Below are positions 58,895 through 64,000 of a DNA stretch of 64,000 bases, piece after piece. The notes below the pieces were generated by a model. That model was not told where the DNA came from, ran no database searches, and was given only the letters and a program-made list of their open reading frames with translations. This DNA is from the human T2T-CHM13v2.0 reference genome, Homo sapiens. Numbering within the stretch: the first letter of the stretch is position 1; every line of letters starts with the position of its first letter. Where the stretch lies: NCBI RefSeq assembly GCF_009914755.1, contig NC_060932.1. One strand, given 5' to 3'. The translations under genes and the position numbers were made by a program.

Positions 58895-59030
58895 CTTAAT
58901 AGTAAGTGTTATGCTATTTGTCAGGGCCTCTGCTAAGCACTTTATATGCATGGTCTCATTTAGTCTTCATCAGAAACCGAGGAAATAAATACTTATATTG
59001 TTCTCATTTTACATATGAGAAATATGAAGA
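58895..59030 (-). mobile_element. MIR
   Basis: TGCTAAGCACTTTATATGCATGGTCTCATTTA...CATTTTACATATGAGAAA. Confidence 0.75.
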
Positions 59031-60409
59031 ATAGAATCTGGATTATAAAGAAGACTGCCTGCCTCCAGTGAATGAGCTGGGGGTACCTCACCTTGCTGGA
59101 AACATAAGGAGCAGCCATCATCTCCCTGTGCAGAGAACAAGATGCTATCACAGCAAGTTGATCCTGTTCAAGGGAACAAAGTTTTGCAGAATACCTGTCT
59201 CAAAGGCAGAAACCTGGGGTAGAAAGTTTACTAACCTTAAAGTCAAAACTCCTGCTCTTACTTGCTGTTGTCAAATATTAGCTGTTGTCTAAAAGCCTTA
59301 GACATGTGTAAAATGGGGATAATGTTTTCTGTTTTTACACATAAAGTATTGATCCCATATATAAGAAAGCTTAAAAACAAATGAACTATACAGAATTCTC
59401 ATACAGGGCCATACTTGGTCAGCCAAGGGCTCCAGGATAGAGACCATGAGTAACTCATCCCATAGTGACCAGGATATTTGGAAGCAATGCAAAAACTTGA
59501 CAACCACCAAGATAGAGAGTAGTTCCTCTTATATGATAATAGCCCTTCTTTCCAATTCAAACACAATGATTCCCCATGTAGAGGGTAAACCCTAAGTCTT
59601 GGCAGCCCTCATGAATTGCAAAAGAAAACATGGTATTGCCACATACCCAAGTCCAACACTGAAAAATATTCCATTGCTTTTCCAAATCAATACTGATTGA
59701 GACCCAATGTATACACCAAATGAGGTTTAGAGTAAAAATATGACTTAAATTCCTCCACTAGACTGTGAGTTCCTGGAGAATATGCATGGACTTCTATACC
59801 ACTAAATTTATAGTATAGCACAGCAAGCATTTGTTCAAGACTCAGTGGGAGGATGGATGGATGGATGGATAACCACAGAATTTTACTAAAAATAGATAAT
59901 TATTTAACTCATAACATAAACTTTAATCCTTTTTATAGAAGGCCGTATGATAGAAGACAAAAGGTATAGAATTCGGAGCTCAGAAGATTGGGGTAAAAAT
60001 TCAGGTTCTTCTTACTAGTACTATTACTCTCAATAATTTACATATTCTCCATGAACTACAGTCTCTTAATCTCTAAAATGAAAAATGCTAACACACTGTA
60101 GCTGTATCTTATGAAGTAGTTTCTGAAGTATGTGCATAAGACAAAAGCAAAACTATCCTTGAAAACCTCTCAAATCACTATCAGAATATTATATACATAG
60201 CTTTGCGATACTACATAATTTCTCCATACAAAGCCAGTTTTTCCTTCAGTACTAAACAGGTAGCTATTGCTTTGATTGAGTGCCAAAAATAGTTCATAAT
60301 TTGGATCTATTTATTATTAAAAATGCTTTTTTTGCTAATTTCTTCTGCTGAGTATATGTAAATGAATTACAATTAGGTGTAAGGTATAACTCCTGTATAT
60401 GTGATTTGT

Positions 60410-60865
60410 TTTTTAATATAACAGCTTCATTGAGATATAAGTAACATATGATAAAATTTACCCTTTTAAATTGTACAATTCAGTGATTTTTAGTATCTTC
60501 ACTAAATTGTGCAACAATCATCATTAAATAATTTTAGAACATTTTCAAATTTCTTTTTAAGGCTGAATGCTATTCCATTGCATGGATAGACCACAGTTTA
60601 CTTAGCCTTTCATCAATTGATGGACATTTGGATTATATTCACTTTTTGGCTATTATGAATAATACTTCTATGACTATTTATGCAAAAGTGTCTGTGAGGA
60701 CATACATTTTCAATCTTTTAGAAGAACTACTAAACTCTTTTCCAAAGCGGCTTCACCGTTTTACATTTTCACCAATCATGTATGAGAGTTACAATTTCCC
60801 TACATCCTTGCCAATACACGTTATTGTCTGACTTTTTTATTCTATCCCTCCAAGTGGATGCAAAA
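60410..60865 (-). mobile_element. L1MB-like 3' end with internal deletions
   Basis: ACAGCTTCATTGAGATATAA...TGTACAATTCAGTG...TGATGGACATTTGGATT. Confidence 0.8.
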
Positions 60866-61729
60866 TGGAAAGTAGTATATATATGCTCTCTGATATCTAT
60901 GTGTTTTCTCACAGGATTATTACTGAGTATATGAAACATGTTTTAACCAGAGGAGAGCTACAAAAATATTTGTATTATTATTGTTACAATTGTGAATACG
61001 TAATATGCTATGCAAGGTTATTGATCTTAAAAATAAAATATGAGAAAAAAAGAAACCATCTCTGATTAAGGGAAAGAAAGGAATCTGTTGGAAGAATGTT
61101 TGCGGGCCCATAGACTCAAAAGGAAGGATGGATAATGTGACTCAGAAGACAGGCAGAACCCATGACAGCCTGAGAAATCAGCCCAGGCCAAAAGATCATG
61201 AAGCAAGACAGTGGTGGGAAAGCTGCAGCCACTGCCCCATCCAGGTGATCTGGTACCCTAGCCCCTTATCACTCTGCCACATACCTTGCCACTGCTGTAG
61301 GAATAAACTTTTAGTTTCTCCTACCTCTTATGTCACTTACCCCAGACCAAAAGTTCTGGAAGGCAACATTCTATTGGCCAGTCTTTGTTTGTTTGTCCAC
61401 TGGGAGCAGGAAGAGGAATTATCTCCCTTCCTTTAGCTTTCTTGGACAAATCAAAGCCAAAATTCCCATTACAAATAACATATGTAGAAGCACATAGTAT
61501 GGTGCCAGGCACACCACAAAAATGTGTAAATATATTTCTGTTCCTCCTCCTTTCCTATAATGAATGTATCTCTTGAGAAAAGGGAAGGGCCGTGCTCACT
61601 AATTACTGATGATCCTGGTTCTGGCCCATACTATTCAAAAGCCTTGATGGGATCCAAAAGGCTCCTTCAGGCACCCGGAGAGCTTAGTTAATTCCCAGGG
61701 GCAGGATCGGCTCCTGTTTGATTTAAATG

Positions 61730-61908
61730 AGTGTTTCTTAATCCTGCCACATACTAGAATCACCCATGGAGCTTCTTAAAATATTAATGTCTGGGCCCTA
61801 CACTGAAAAAGTCTAATTTAATTGGTCTAGTGTGAAACCCATTATTAACAGAGTTTTGGAAACTCCTCCAGGTGACTCCAGTGCGTGGTCAGGTTTGGGA
61901 ACCACAGG
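61730..61908. mobile_element. MER5A-like hAT-Charlie MITE
   Basis: TAGAATCACC...CTCCAGGTGACTC...GTTTGGGAACCAC. Confidence 0.75.
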
Positions 61909-62420
61909 TCTGGAAAAAATGATTAAATTTAATCTTTCTGTGTTTTTTTTTTTTTTTTTTTTTTGAAGCTCCTGCCTCTCAATTAATATAAATGGGCATT
62001 GCGGATGTACCTGCAGTACAAAGAGAACTTGCCAAAAACCTCTGGAGAGGAGTTAACCATGCAACAAAGAAGGAAACACATTCAGATAGAAAAATTATCT
62101 CGAAAATGTGTATAGCACTAAACAGACTCCCAACTTAGAAGCAGAGGAATGGTATTTTTTTTAAACTTCCTAATGAACATTGCACTTAGCTAGCTGTCAA
62201 ATATACAAACAGACTAATTTTTCCTTCTAATTATTTTGGGATGTTTTCCTTGGATAACATGATTATGTGGCTAGAATTCCTAATTCTGTGTATTCGTTAA
62301 TTGATGCTTACTTAGGGTGATAAAGATCCTCCAAGCCTCAGTCCACAACAGTGGCTGAACACCTTACTAATAAAACATGCCAGTGCCTTTTTGGCTTACA
62401 AACTTAGCCATGAGGTATCC

Positions 62421-62423
<3 letters not shown>

Positions 62424-62479
<56 letters not shown>

Positions 62480-62690
62480 CATACATATATGTATATATAA
62501 ATAAAATTGGATATATAGCTATATATTTATCTAATCATGATATATACACATATATATGTGTATGTATATCCAATCATATATATGGAGATATATATATGAT
62601 CATATACATGGATATATATGTGTATATATTATCATATATATGGATGTGTGCATATATGTATGTATATATGTGTATGTATGTACATATAAT
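62424..62690. repeat. (TA)n microsatellite plus degenerate TA/TG-rich tract
   Basis: About 26 perfect TA units from 62424, followed by degenerate units, at the tail position of the adjacent antisense L1. Confidence 0.95.
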
Positions 62691-64000
62691 TGATAAAAAT
62701 CATATATATTTAAAGTATAAAACATGATTTGATATACACATACATTGTGTAATGATTATTACAATCAAATTAATGCATCCATCACCACTCATTAGATCCC
62801 CAGAACTTGCTGATCTTATAACTGAAAGTCTGTAACCTCATCAATATCTCGCCATTTCTCCTGCACCCTCAGACCCAGCAACCATCATTCTAATCTGTTT
62901 CTATAAATTCAACTTTATTAGATTCCACATGTAAATGACAAATACAGTATTTGTCTTCCTGTGCCTGGCTTATTTCACTTAGCACAATCTTTTCCAGGCT
63001 CATCCATGTTGTTACAAATGACAGAATTTCTTTCATTTCTGTGGCTGATTAATATTTCATTGTGTGTGTGAGAAGGTGTGTGTGTGCATGCGTATACCAT
63101 GTTTTTGATTTATCCATTTATCTGTTGAGAGACACTTGGGTTGTTTCCATATTGTGGATATTGTGGATAATGCTGTAATGAACATGGGGGTGTAGCTATC
63201 TCTTCAAGGTACTGATTTCATTTCCTTTGGATATATACCCAGAAGTAGGATTCCTGGATCATAAGGTAGTTCTACTTTTTTAAAGGAATTATATATTGTT
63301 TTTTATAATGGCTATACTAATTTACATCCCCAACAATAGTATACAAGCTTGGGTTCTCCACACCCAAGCCAAAACTGTTATCTCTTGTCTTTTTGATAAT
63401 AGCCATCCTAACAGGTGCGAGGTAATATCTTACCATGGTTTTGATTTGCATTTATCTGATGATTGTGATGTTGAGCACTTTTTCATATACTCATTGGCCA
63501 TTTGCATGTCTTCTTTAGAGAAATGTCTATTCAAGTCTTTGTACATTATTTGGTTTATTGGTATTGAGTTGTGCAGATTCTTTGTAAATTTTGGACATTC
63601 ACCTTTTATCAATACATGGCTTGCAAATATTTTCTTTTATTTCATAGGTTGCTTTTTCATTTTGTTGAATTTTTTTCTTGGCTGTGAAGAAGAAGTGCTT
63701 GGTCTGATGTAGTCCCACCTGTTCATTTTTGCTTTTGTTGCTGGTACTTTTAGGATCATATTTTAAAAATTTATTGCCAAGACCAATGTCAAAGAGCTTT
63801 TTCTCTCTGGTTTTCTTCAAGGGGTGTTATGGTTTCAGATTTAAGTCTTTGATTAGTTTAGAGTTCATTTTTTTGTGTATAGTGTAAGAGAAAGGTCTTA
63901 TTTATTTTTATTTTTTTTTTTTTCTGCATGTGGACATCCAGTTTGCCCAACATCATTTATTGAAGAGGCTGTGTTTTTCTCATTGTGTATTTTTGGAAAC
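62690..64000 (-). mobile_element. L1MA6-8-like 3' end and ORF2 C-terminus (runs off window)
   Basis: TAGATTCCACATGTAAATGA; ORF 63430-63612 ([24 protein letters not shown]). Confidence 0.88.

Noticed and set aside
62377-62727. 116-aa YI-repeat ORF
   Set aside because: Translation of the (TA)n microsatellite.

Overview
Primate (human or great-ape; it contains AluY and an L1PA2-type element) intronic/intergenic DNA: AT-rich, CpG-depleted and dominated by interspersed repeats. I find no host protein-coding gene, functional RNA gene, CpG-island promoter (other than the L1 5'UTR) or CRISPR array. The long ORFs in the track all come from transposons. Main contents: (1) a full-length but coding-dead L1PA2-like element (16053-22080) inserted into an MLT2A (HERV-L) LTR; (2) many truncated L1PA13-16/L1MA/L1MB/L1M/L1ME pieces; (3) nine Alus; (4) MER41, MER50, MST, MLT1 and LTR16 LTRs; (5) a near-full-length Tigger1, an HSMAR1 3' fragment, a hAT-Charlie transposase fossil, MER96B and MER5; (6) MIR/L2 remnants. 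I did not find a convincing new biological system. The most noteworthy small-scale signals are a TSD-flanked tailless half-tRNA-Ile retrocopy, a 60-aa truncated L1 ORF0 with an intact antisense splice donor facing a candidate 95-nt exon, two local inversions, and two local duplications. Subfamily names come from remembered consensus sequences, not a database search, and boundaries of old repeats are approximate.
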